From positions 2,070,001 to 2,102,000 of the forward strand of contig NZ_CP060715.1 of assembly GCF_014396165.1 (NCBI RefSeq): a stretch of 32,000 bases of DNA, given 5' to 3'. The notes under the pieces were generated by a model that saw only the letters and a list, made by a program, of their open reading frames with translations, did no database searches and was not told the DNA's origin. Shown here in pieces: positions 24,310 to 32,000 of this stretch; position 1 is the stretch's first letter; each line of letters starts with the position of its first letter. This stretch comes from Erysipelothrix inopinata. Lineage in GTDB: Bacteria; Bacillota_I; Bacilli_A; Erysipelotrichales; Erysipelotrichaceae. A program made the translations under genes and the position numbers.

Positions 24310-25734
24310 TTAGAGTTCGTTTAGTGATGCAAGAAGCGCAACCATGAAATCATAGGTACGATCCAATGATTCTAGATCTAAACGTTCATCAGGTGTATGG
24401 ATGTCAAACATAATTGGTCCGAAACTTACGATATCAAGTTCTGGCATTTTACCTTTCCAGATACCTAATTCCATACCACCATGTGTTGCAACGATATTCA
24501 TATCTGTTCCGCGCATTGCTTTATAAACTTCGAGAGTTTTAGCACGAAGTGGAGATTTCGCATCGTAGTTCCAGCCTGGATAATTTGAAGAGAATTCAAC
24601 ATTCATTCCATATTGTCTTCCAATCCATTCAACTTGGCGCATAACATTTTCTTTTACAAATGCTTGCGTAGCACGTAAGGATACTGAGATTTCGAAACGT
24701 TCATCATTAAGATTTACTGTTCCGATGTTTGCGGAAGTAATAACAAGATCTTCAATTGCTTTACTCATTTGGATGACACCATATGGAAGCATGAAGAGCA
24801 TATCTACAACCATTTCTGTATCTTTTTCAGAAAGAACTTTATCTGTTGTTCCTTCAATAAGATTAAATGTTAAACCAGCATCAGAGAATTCATATTGTGT
24901 TTTGAATTCTGCAGCAACAGGTGCAAACCAAGCTTTGAAAGCTTCAACATCTTCAACGGCTACTGTGAAGTCATTTTCACGAGTAATAGCATTCATTTTG
25001 AGACCACCATCAATCGCAACAACACGAAGTGGCATTTCATCCAATGCACGACGCAAGATAATACCCGCTAATTTTGAAGCATTCGCACGTTCTTGATCAA
25101 TCTCGCCTCCAGAGTGTCCTCCAAGCAGACCACGGATTTCTACAGTTATAGTGTCGGATGTTTTTGATTCAAAAGTAACTTCTTTATTAAGAACACCACG
25201 AACACCACCACATGAAGAAACGTATGTTTCAATTTCTCCAGATCCGTCTAAACCAATGCACAGTTCAGATTTTAACATGGAAGTATCTAATTCAGTAGCA
25301 CCTGTTAAACCTGTTTCTTCTTGAACTGTAAAAACACATTCAAGTGCAGGATGTTTCGCTTCTTTGTCAGCAAGAATTGCCATCATGTAAACAACACCAG
25401 CGCCATCATCAGCACCCAATGTTGTTCCTTTAGCATGTAAGAATCCGTCTTCAATATAAAGGTCCAAAGGATCATTATCAAAGTCATGATTACTATCTTT
25501 ATTCTTTTCTGCAACCATATCCGTATGTGATTGTAACATCACAACAGGAGCATCTTCATACCCCTTTGATGCTGGCTTGAAAATAATGACATTATACATG
25601 TCATCAATCATAGTTTCTAATCCTAAATCCTTCGCAAAATTAACTAAATAATTGGCAATTTTTTCTTCATGAAATGAAGCGCGAGGAATCGCAGATATCT
25701 CTCTAAAATACTTTAAAACAGTTGATTCACTCAT
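24310..25734 (-). CDS. pepD: Aminoacyl-histidine (Xaa-His) dipeptidase, M20C family.
   Basis: FREISAIPRASFHEEKI, LQSHTDMVAEKN..HDFDNDP, AKGTTLGADDGAGV, FTVQEETGLTGA. The likely start is the ATG at 25734 (MSESTV), with AAGAAGG upstream; the track ORF extends 63 nt further without an SD. Confidence 0.88.
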   Translation of the reverse strand: MSESTVLKYFREISAIPRASFHEEKIANYLVNFAKDLGLETMIDDMYNVIIFKPASKGYEDAPVVMLQSHTDMVAEKNKDSNHDFDNDPLDLYIEDGFLHAKGTTLGADDGAGVVYMMAILADKEAKHPALECVFTVQEETGLTGATELDTSMLKSELCIGLDGSGEIETYVSSCGGVRGVLNKEVTFESKTSDTITVEIRGLLGGHSGGEIDQERANASKLAGIILRRALDEMPLRVVAIDGGLKMNAITRENDFTVAVEDVEAFKAWFAPVAAEFKTQYEFSDAGLTFNLIEGTTDKVLSEKDTEMVVDMLFMLPYGVIQMSKAIEDLVITSANIGTVNLNDERFEISVSLRATQAFVKENVMRQVEWIGRQYGMNVEFSSNYPGWNYDAKSPLRAKTLEVYKAMRGTDMNIVATHGGMELGIWKGKMPELDIVSFGPIMFDIHTPDERLDLESLDRTYDFMVALLASLNEL

Positions 25735-25843
25735 AAATAACCTTCTTTCTTTAATACTACGACTATAATAACACATTCTCTGTTCATATATCTTCAAAAT
25801 AACTGTGAAATACTATAAACTAATAACTAAAGGAGATGTGAAA

Positions 25844-26257
25844 ATGAAGAAATTTTTAAATGAATTCAAAGAATTTGCTATGCAAGGTAATGTTCTTGAT
25901 ATGGCAGTTGGGGTTGTAATTGGGGGCGCATTTGGAAAGATTGTTACCTCATTAGTTAACGATATCATTACACCGATTATAAGTATTATTACAGGTGGTA
26001 TTAAACTCGATGATTTAAAGATTCTCCTATCCAGTGCTAAGGGACCCGATGTTGAAGCTGTTTACCTAAATTATGGTCAATTCCTTCAAGCAACTTTAGA
26101 CTTTATTATCATCGCATTCTGTATCTTCTTAATGATTCGCGCATTTAATTCATTAAAACGCAAGAAACCAGACGAAGTGGAAGAACCCGTTGTAGTAGAA
26201 CCAAGTAATGAAGAAAAACTATTACAAGAAATTCTCAACGAGTTAAAGCAAAAATAG
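25844..26257 (+). CDS. mscL: Large-conductance mechanosensitive channel.
   Basis: MKKFLNEFKEFAMQGNVLDMAVGVVIGGAFGKIVTSLVNDIITPII is the MscL signature. AGGAG Shine-Dalgarno upstream of the ATG at 25844. Confidence 0.92.
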   Translation: MKKFLNEFKEFAMQGNVLDMAVGVVIGGAFGKIVTSLVNDIITPIISIITGGIKLDDLKILLSSAKGPDVEAVYLNYGQFLQATLDFIIIAFCIFLMIRAFNSLKRKKPDEVEEPVVVEPSNEEKLLQEILNELKQK

Positions 26258-26266
26258 ATAAAAAAA

Positions 26267-26297
26267 AATAACACCATTATTATGCGGTGTTATTTTT
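26267..26297 (+). terminator. Intrinsic terminator after mscL.
   Basis: Stem aataacacc (26267-26275), 10-nt loop, stem ggtgttatt (26286-26294), running into a T tract. Confidence 0.8.
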
Positions 26298-26441
26298 CAT
26301 TATAGTCTTATTGACCATAATAATAGATTTTGTCTCCCAAACCAAATCCACCAACGTCTAAGATTCATCACGTCTCAGACATCTTTTATTTTACCATACT
26401 TATGATTTTTGTAAAGTCGCAAAATGTGAAGGTACTTAAAG

Positions 26442-26765
26442 TTATTCAAATTCCTTAAGTCTATTTTTAATTGTGAAATTTAAATAGATAAACAAGGGTG
26501 TTGAAAAGAATGCGAATAAAGAATATAAATCACTCATATCTGTACCGTTAACTTCTTTCATCACAATCCCTACACCCAGTGGTATGAACATCATTAAGAA
26601 TGCAAATTTCTTAGCGATACGCAGCCACTTTTTAGTTTCTTTTGTGTTCGGTAATCGGTCAAGAAACTCCCCAAGAAAATAGAAGAGCGTTGCAATCATA
26701 ACGATTGCAATAAATCGAAGCACATTTTCTTTAAGTGTGTAGTCTAAAATCCTAGACATAATCAA
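26442..26765 (-). CDS. Hypothetical small membrane protein (107 aa, about 3 TM segments).
   Basis: GAGGAGG Shine-Dalgarno (tcttgaggaggtttgattATG). Hydrophobic segments FIAIVMIATLFYFLG, FAFLMMFIPLGVGIV and LFAFFSTPLFIYL. Confidence 0.65.
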   Translation of the reverse strand: MIMSRILDYTLKENVLRFIAIVMIATLFYFLGEFLDRLPNTKETKKWLRIAKKFAFLMMFIPLGVGIVMKEVNGTDMSDLYSLFAFFSTPLFIYLNFTIKNRLKEFE

Positions 26766-26783
26766 ACCTCCTCAAGAATAAAC

Positions 26784-26936
26784 TTACTCAGTGAATCCTT
26801 CGAGGCGCTTCATGATATTTTCAATTTTATTTTGGCATGTTTTTAGTGATTCTTCATCCATTTGAGTTCCATGTTCATCTAAGAAGCTCTCGATTGATTC
26901 TAAGCTTTCGATTAATTTTTGTGTTGTTTCATTCAT
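26784..26936 (-). CDS. Small (50 aa) acidic helical protein, not in the ORF track (below its length cut-off).
   Basis: ATG at 26936 lies 2 nt after the recD2 stop, with GGAAGAGGA upstream. It encodes MNETTQKLIESLESIESFLDEHGTQMDEESLKTCQNKIENIMKRLEGFTE*. Compact spacing with the flanking genes suggests co-transcription. Confidence 0.45.
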   Translation of the reverse strand: MNETTQKLIESLESIESFLDEHGTQMDEESLKTCQNKIENIMKRLEGFTE

Positions 26937-26938
26937 TT

Positions 26939-29080
26939 TTAATTCCTCTTCCTATTATTTTCTTTAATTCTTTGTTCAAGATAGGTATTTCTTTTTGACT
27001 CATGTGCATTTTCAACAGCAATCTCAAATGCACGATGTTCCCCAACCAGAATCAACGATTTCGATGCACGAGTTACACCAGTGTAATACAAACGGCGTGA
27101 TAGCATTCTATAGAAATCTGTAACAGCTACTAAGATTACGATTGGATATTCACTTCCTTGTGCTTTATGGACGGACATTGCATACGCATGCGTAATATTT
27201 ATAAAATTTTGCGGTTCATACTCAACAAAGGTTCCTTCAAAATCAACGACAAGTCTGCGTGCTTCGACTTCAACAAGAACCCCAATATCACCATTAAATA
27301 CAAAGTCATCAGGCTGATTTTTTAATTGAAGAATTTTATCCCCTTCTCTAAAGATACGTGTTCCAACCATTATCTGATTCTTCAGAGTATTTTCTGGGTT
27401 ACACATTTTTTGTAAGAAGTGGTTTAAATTATCGATGCCACCTGGTCCATTATACATGGGAGCCAATACTTGAACTTCACTCAAATCATACCCTTTTGAC
27501 AACGCTTCGTCTACTACACGAAGGACAATATCTTTAACACTACCATATTTATTGTTAAAGAATTTAACATCTCTAGAATAATTAGAAACATCAAAGATAC
27601 CATGATTCATGTTAATGGCTAAATCAATCACTTCTGATCCTGTTTCCTGTCGGTAGTTTCGTTCTAATTCAATCGTCTCAAAACCATTCGTTGCAATCAT
27701 ATCTCCCAGAACAAATCCAGGTCCAACTGAAGGAAGTTGATCTTTATCACCCACAAATAGAAATTTCTTCACATTTGTAGAAGCTTTAAGTAAATTTTGA
27801 AATAACCAAATATCAACCATTGAAAACTCATCAACAATTACAACATCTGCTTCCAATGGATTTTCTTGATTAACGCCAAATTTATTCGACTCTAAATCCC
27901 ATTTTAAGATAGAATGCACGGTCGCCGCTTGGACATTGGTTAATTCCTCCAATCGCTTGGCAGCACGTCCTGTAGGGGCACAGAGCACGATTTTAAGCCA
28001 TGGCATCTGTGTTTGCATCAAAGTGACAATACCCGATAATAACGTCGACTTCCCTGTTCCAGGACCTCCTGTAAGAATCATAATATCTTCTTCAAAGAAA
28101 GAAGTAATCGCATCCTTTTGAACTTGATCAAATTCTATTCTTAATTTATCTTCAACTTCATTAAGTTTCTCATCGAAATTCTCTAAATCAAAATCATAAC
28201 CACGATATTCGAAATCACTTAAAAAGTTAGCAACATAACTCTCTGCATCATATTGCGTACAATGATATAACCGATCCTCATCTTCAATTAACTCCCGTTG
28301 ACGAATAAGACTTTCATAAGCAATATCAAAGAGTTCACTATCTTGGTTGCCAAACAGATTCTTAAAAGTGTTGATTGGAATGTAGGAATCTCCTGCACCA
28401 AATACAGTCGATTTATATGTATCAAGAATTTGAGCTTCTACTCGTAAAGGATCATCCAAATCAAAACCTAAAGATAAAGCTACTTTATCAGCTGTTTTGA
28501 ATCCAATACCGTCAATATCATATACAAGACGGTAAGGATTATCCTTGATAACTTCGATGGCTTTCTCACCATACTCTTTTGTAATCTTAATAATTTGTTT
28601 GTTACCCAGACCATGAGCTACTAAAAATGACACAGCATCTTCCATTGGATCTTGTGTTCGAATAACATCAATGATTTTCTGAGCTTTAACGGCACTTAAC
28701 CCTTTCACATCAATCACGAAATCATCTTCTTGACGAATTCGATCTAAAACATCATTCCCATATTTCTCAACGATCGCAGTTGCAGTTTTATTTCCGATTC
28801 CAGGAAAGTTAGGTCCTGATAGAAATCTAACAATAAAGTCCGGATGTTCCGGTAACATTTTAGTGAAAGATACGACATTGAACTGCATACCAAATCGTGG
28901 ATCTTCATGATAAGATCCTTGGAATTCATAATAGCTTTCGAGCTCAATATTAATGAGCGGCCCTTTAATTGTCAGTGGCTTTTGATTGCTGTTTAAAAGA
29001 GCAATCCGATAGATTCCAAATCCAGATTGCTCGTTTTTAAATATACATGTTTCTACGACGCCTTTAATACTTGTTTCCAC
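26939..29080 (-). CDS. recD2: RecD2-type SF1B ATP-dependent DNA helicase.
   Basis: Walker A LTGGPGTGKST, Walker B VVIVDEFSMVD, GDKDQLPSVGPG, AMSVHKAQGSEYP, and a RecD2-type N-terminal OB/HhH region. 713 aa. Confidence 0.9.
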   Translation of the reverse strand: METSIKGVVETCIFKNEQSGFGIYRIALLNSNQKPLTIKGPLINIELESYYEFQGSYHEDPRFGMQFNVVSFTKMLPEHPDFIVRFLSGPNFPGIGNKTATAIVEKYGNDVLDRIRQEDDFVIDVKGLSAVKAQKIIDVIRTQDPMEDAVSFLVAHGLGNKQIIKITKEYGEKAIEVIKDNPYRLVYDIDGIGFKTADKVALSLGFDLDDPLRVEAQILDTYKSTVFGAGDSYIPINTFKNLFGNQDSELFDIAYESLIRQRELIEDEDRLYHCTQYDAESYVANFLSDFEYRGYDFDLENFDEKLNEVEDKLRIEFDQVQKDAITSFFEEDIMILTGGPGTGKSTLLSGIVTLMQTQMPWLKIVLCAPTGRAAKRLEELTNVQAATVHSILKWDLESNKFGVNQENPLEADVVIVDEFSMVDIWLFQNLLKASTNVKKFLFVGDKDQLPSVGPGFVLGDMIATNGFETIELERNYRQETGSEVIDLAINMNHGIFDVSNYSRDVKFFNNKYGSVKDIVLRVVDEALSKGYDLSEVQVLAPMYNGPGGIDNLNHFLQKMCNPENTLKNQIMVGTRIFREGDKILQLKNQPDDFVFNGDIGVLVEVEARRLVVDFEGTFVEYEPQNFINITHAYAMSVHKAQGSEYPIVILVAVTDFYRMLSRRLYYTGVTRASKSLILVGEHRAFEIAVENAHESKRNTYLEQRIKENNRKRN

Positions 29081-29093
29081 GAAACATCACTTC

Positions 29094-29849
29094 CTACATT
29101 GTAATTAAAATCATAACAGTCGCAACGAGATTATTCAAGAAGTGAACGCCCATTGCTCCGAAAATAGATCCAGTTTTTTCATAAGCTAGAATCATAAAGA
29201 ATGCCATACCAGAATATGGAATAAGGTAGAGTAACTCTGTTAGTTCATGTGTATTTGCAAATTGTGGTAAGACGTGGATTGCTCCAAAGAGTAAACACGA
29301 TACTGCAATTGCCTTCCAAAATGATTTCTCAGAACGAAATGACTGATAAAGAGCGCCTCTAAATACAAGCTCCTCAACAATCGGAGCAAAAATAACGGTT
29401 GCGAAGATATTGATAAGCGGTGCTTGTCTTAGGCTTTCAACGACAAGCTGTTGATTCCCTGCTTGTGCATCCGGCCCTAGCAAAATTTGCATGAGAAGAC
29501 CCGATATAATGTTGAAGAGAAATAACATACCCCAACATTTAAGAACTGTTATCCAAGGACTATCGTGATCGATACTCTTACTTCCTGAAACAAAATCTTT
29601 CCATGATTTACCCAGTGATTTTCCTGCCACAAGTAATGCCATAACAAGAATTACGAGATATATCATTATTAAAAAGTTAGGATGGATTTGACCAATCGGT
29701 GTCTTGTATACAAAGTAAGACATTGCCGAACCCAGCATGGGCATGACGACAGTGTATCCAACAAAGTAAACGACGAGTAGTAAAAGAGTTTGTGTTAATG
29801 TGAAACGGTTATCTTTTGATTCCAAATTATGATTTCGAATTGGAGTCAT
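29094..29849 (-). CDS. CPBP-family (CAAX/Abi) intramembrane glutamic endopeptidase.
   Basis: Motifs PIVEELVFRGALY, FGAIH and HFLNNL in a polytopic membrane protein. Confidence 0.85.
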   Translation of the reverse strand: MTPIRNHNLESKDNRFTLTQTLLLLVVYFVGYTVVMPMLGSAMSYFVYKTPIGQIHPNFLIMIYLVILVMALLVAGKSLGKSWKDFVSGSKSIDHDSPWITVLKCWGMLFLFNIISGLLMQILLGPDAQAGNQQLVVESLRQAPLINIFATVIFAPIVEELVFRGALYQSFRSEKSFWKAIAVSCLLFGAIHVLPQFANTHELTELLYLIPYSGMAFFMILAYEKTGSIFGAMGVHFLNNLVATVMILITM

Positions 29850-30951
29850 ACTTTACCTCATTTCCATCAATATCAAATACCTTATCGATGCGACCACCAC
29901 CCAGGCATTCATCACCATTGTAGAAAACAGCTTCTTGTCCTAAAGTTACAGCTTTTACATCATCAATCATGGTTACTTCGATACGTGCTTCATCAATCCA
30001 ACGAATGGATACATTCATATCTTTTTGACGATAACGGAATTTTGCAGTACATTTCATATCTTCTTTTTTATCTGCAAACCAGTTTACATCAGCAATTTCA
30101 GCTTTTGAGGCATAGAGTAAGCGATGATCACTTCCCTTACCAACATAAATTATATTTTTAGAAAGGTCTTTGCCAACTACGAACCAAGGTCCTACAGCTG
30201 TGGAAATATCCAACCCATGACGTTGTCCGACTGTATAGAACATAACACCTGAGTGCTTTCCTAATACCTTTTGCGTATCAATATCAACAATGTCGCCTTC
30301 CACATCTTTAAGATAATTCTTAAGGAAATCACGATATTGACGTTCACCAATGAAGCAAATTCCTGTTGAATCCTTTTTCGTTGCAACGGGTAAATCTAAC
30401 TTCTTTGCAATCGCTCTTACTTCAGGTTTATCTAAGTCACCGAGTGGAAAGATAACTCGTGGTAATACATCTTTATTAACACGACTTAAAAAGTATGTTT
30501 GATCTTTATTTAGATCTTTTGCACGATACATCTTACCATCACGAGTATTCGCATAGTGACCCGTAGCAAGTGCTTCAAAACCATTTGCCGCCATGAAGTC
30601 ATAGAATGCATCGAATTTTACATAACGATTACAGAGAATATCTGGATTCGGTGTATTTCCTCTTTGAGTCTCCTCTAAAAAGAAAGTAAACACATTATCC
30701 CAATATTCCTTAACATAGTCTACGCGTAAAAGAGGCAAGCCTAAATGGTCTGCCACTCTTTTTGCATCGTCATAATCAACTTCTTGAGAACACATATCAT
30801 CTTTGATGGTTGGGTTTCCTAATATGTCATTATTTGCAAATGAGTCCCAATTTCTCATAAATGCACATGTTACGTCGTGGCCTTGTTCTTTTAAAAGATA
30901 TGCAGCAACTGCACTATCAACGCCACCTGATAAACCTACTAATATTTTCAT
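29827..30951 (-). CDS. mnmA: tRNA 2-thiouridine(34) synthase.
   Basis: PP-loop ILVGLSGGVDSAVAA, CNRYVKF, TGHYA, KDQTYFL, DSTGICFIGE. 374 aa. Confidence 0.93.
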   Translation of the reverse strand: MKILVGLSGGVDSAVAAYLLKEQGHDVTCAFMRNWDSFANNDILGNPTIKDDMCSQEVDYDDAKRVADHLGLPLLRVDYVKEYWDNVFTFFLEETQRGNTPNPDILCNRYVKFDAFYDFMAANGFEALATGHYANTRDGKMYRAKDLNKDQTYFLSRVNKDVLPRVIFPLGDLDKPEVRAIAKKLDLPVATKKDSTGICFIGERQYRDFLKNYLKDVEGDIVDIDTQKVLGKHSGVMFYTVGQRHGLDISTAVGPWFVVGKDLSKNIIYVGKGSDHRLLYASKAEIADVNWFADKKEDMKCTAKFRYRQKDMNVSIRWIDEARIEVTMIDDVKAVTLGQEAVFYNGDECLGGGRIDKVFDIDGNEVKYDSNSKS

Positions 30952-31379
30952 TTTTTTTCATCTTTCATTTCTAATCTGTCATTATCAAACATTTGATTCA
31001 CTGAAAAACTGCGATTACTACTTCTCATTTCTGGAGGTAGAAAGGCATCAATTTCTTCATCATCATACCCTACTAGGAAAGATTTATCATTCATAATGAT
31101 TGGTCTTTTTAGGATAGATGGATGACGCTGAATAAATGTCACTAATTCACTAATGGATAAATCATCCAAGTCAATTTGAGATTCTTGCATAACTTTGGAA
31201 CGTTTTGAAATGATGTCTTCGGTTCCATTTTCACTACGCATTAAGATATGCTTAATCTCTTTCTCACTGAGAACAGATGTAAAAATGTTTTTTTCTATAA
31301 ATTTAAGATTCCGATCCTTGAGCCATTGACGTACTTTACGACATGACGCACAACCAGGGGATGAATAAAGTATGATCAT
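30948..31379 (-). CDS. spx: Spx/MgsR-family (ArsC-fold) RNA-polymerase-binding redox regulator.
   Basis: MIILYSSPGCASCRKVRQWLKDRNLKFIEKNIF..ISKRSKV..ILKRPIIMND..LVGYDDEEIDAFLP aligns along its length with B. subtilis Spx, including the CxxC motif. It has an extra 20-25 aa C-terminal tail. GGGAGG Shine-Dalgarno. Confidence 0.85.
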   Translation of the reverse strand: MIILYSSPGCASCRKVRQWLKDRNLKFIEKNIFTSVLSEKEIKHILMRSENGTEDIISKRSKVMQESQIDLDDLSISELVTFIQRHPSILKRPIIMNDKSFLVGYDDEEIDAFLPPEMRSSNRSFSVNQMFDNDRLEMKDEKK

Positions 31380-31485
31380 AATGTATACCTCCCTTGCGTT
31401 ATCATTATTATACTGTTTTTATTTCATTAATAAAAGTCTTTCTTGAAACAATTGCAAGGGAATTTTCACATTTTCTGAAAATGTT

Positions 31486-32000
31486 TTACCAAATCATTCC
31501 CATCTTTTTTTCCACTTTTGCTAGAGTTTCCTGAGCTGTAGGACGCACTGCATCCGCTCCTTCTTTTAATATTTCATCAATGATTTCGCTCCCTACGAAC
31601 TCATCGTATTTGCTTTGTAACATCTCTAATTCTTCACAGACGCAATCTGCAACTGCCTTCTTAAAGGTTCCGTATTGTGCATCTTTAAATTCTGCACATG
31701 CTTCTTCAATGGTAATTTCTTTGAGTGATGCATAGATTGTAAGTAAGTTCGCAACTCCAGGTTGATTCTCAGGATCATATTGAACAATACCCACACTGTC
31801 TGTCACAGCAGACATAATTTTTTTACGAGCTTGTTTTAAATCATCACGAAGGTAAATAACACCTTTCTCACCTTCTTTATCCGATTTACTCATCTTCTTT
31901 GTTGGATCTTGAAGTGAATAAATTTTACTTCCCACTTTTTGAATAACAGGTTCCGGAACGACAAATGTCTCTCCGAATCGATTGTTGAAACGTTCTGCAG
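31486..32000 (-). CDS. trpS: Tryptophan--tRNA ligase, C-terminal part (5' end outside the window).
   Basis: The frame is open to the window edge: AERFNNRFGETFVVPEPVIQKVGSKIYSLQDPTKKMSKSD (KMSKS loop), followed by a TrpRS-type anticodon-binding helical domain. The GTG start proposed by the track is internal. Confidence 0.85.
   Translation of the reverse strand, partial: AERFNNRFGETFVVPEPVIQKVGSKIYSLQDPTKKMSKSDKEGEKGVIYLRDDLKQARKKIMSAVTDSVGIVQYDPENQPGVANLLTIYASLKEITIEEACAEFKDAQYGTFKKAVADCVCEELEMLQSKYDEFVGSEIIDEILKEGADAVRPTAQETLAKVEKKMGMIW

Noticed and set aside
26442-29849. RecD2 helicase, CPBP/Abi-family protease and small ORFs as a possible phage-defence cassette.
   Set aside because: mnmA-proximal recD2 is a conserved housekeeping neighbourhood in bacilli (the mnmA to recD2/yrrC region of B. 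subtilis). The genes are tightly packed with core genes, and there are no nuclease, methylase or other defence hallmarks.
3714-31096. Remaining short ORFs nested antisense or out of frame inside large genes: 3714-3908, 5627-6019, 6978-7172, 8069-8251, 9548-9790, 10002-10357, 11078-11476, 12572-12766, 13927-14127, 14572-14919, 17179-17691, 20407-20607, 24060-24347, 24725-25096, 26086-26277, 27936-28121, 28744-28947, 29829-30161, 30803-31096.
   Set aside because: Each lies wholly or mostly within a longer ORF that has strong family signatures. None has a ribosome-binding site, and their compositions are typical of off-frame translation.
31440-31485. AT-rich hairpin (acatttt-ctg-aaaatgt) just downstream of trpS as a terminator.
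   Set aside because: The stem is weak and made only of A/T pairs. It is not followed by a T tract on the minus strand, so the support is insufficient.

Overview
Low-GC Gram-positive (Bacillota-type) chromosomal segment; I cannot assign a genus from sequence alone. It falls into two parts.

**1-18.2 kb: accessory and surface-related**
- A giant adhesin gene on the minus strand (7185 to 1), truncated by the window edge. It has a signal peptide, a roughly 1,000-aa non-repetitive region, a SpaA-like domain, and at least 14 Cna_B domains organised as near-identical 552-bp and 276-bp tandem repeats.
- Two small unknown genes.
- A second, 1,080-aa LPNTG-anchored surface protein that combines Pmp-type GGAI/FxxN beta-helix repeats with Listeria-Bacteroides repeats.
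- A gene-poor, decayed stretch at 12.1-16.4 kb containing:
  - a frameshifted small membrane protein gene;
  - an orphan promoter-to-terminator mini-transcript with a tRNA-like 3' tail;
  - an IS3-family remnant;
  - a trio of uncharacterised genes (secreted 251 aa, membrane-anchored 152 aa, and an M23 peptidase with no signal peptide).
- tRNA-Leu(CAA) borders this stretch. An intact ISLre2-family IS with 9-bp target duplications sits immediately beside the tRNA.

**18.2-32 kb: housekeeping**
- Beta-carbonic anhydrase and a TraX-like membrane protein.
- A LicT/RAT antiterminator-controlled PTS operon: EIIBC (frameshifted in a homopolymer), a GH13 TreC-like phospho-alpha-glucosidase, and EIIA-Glc.
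- pepD and mscL.
- A recD2 / CPBP protease / mnmA / spx cluster.
- The 3' end of trpS.

I see no rRNA, no CRISPR array and no recognisable defence, secretion or biosynthetic system. The least explained content is the tRNA-Leu-proximal islet and the orphan small transcription unit. Both are hypotheses drawn from reading the sequence, not demonstrated systems. Both frameshifts lie in homopolymer runs and could be assembly errors.
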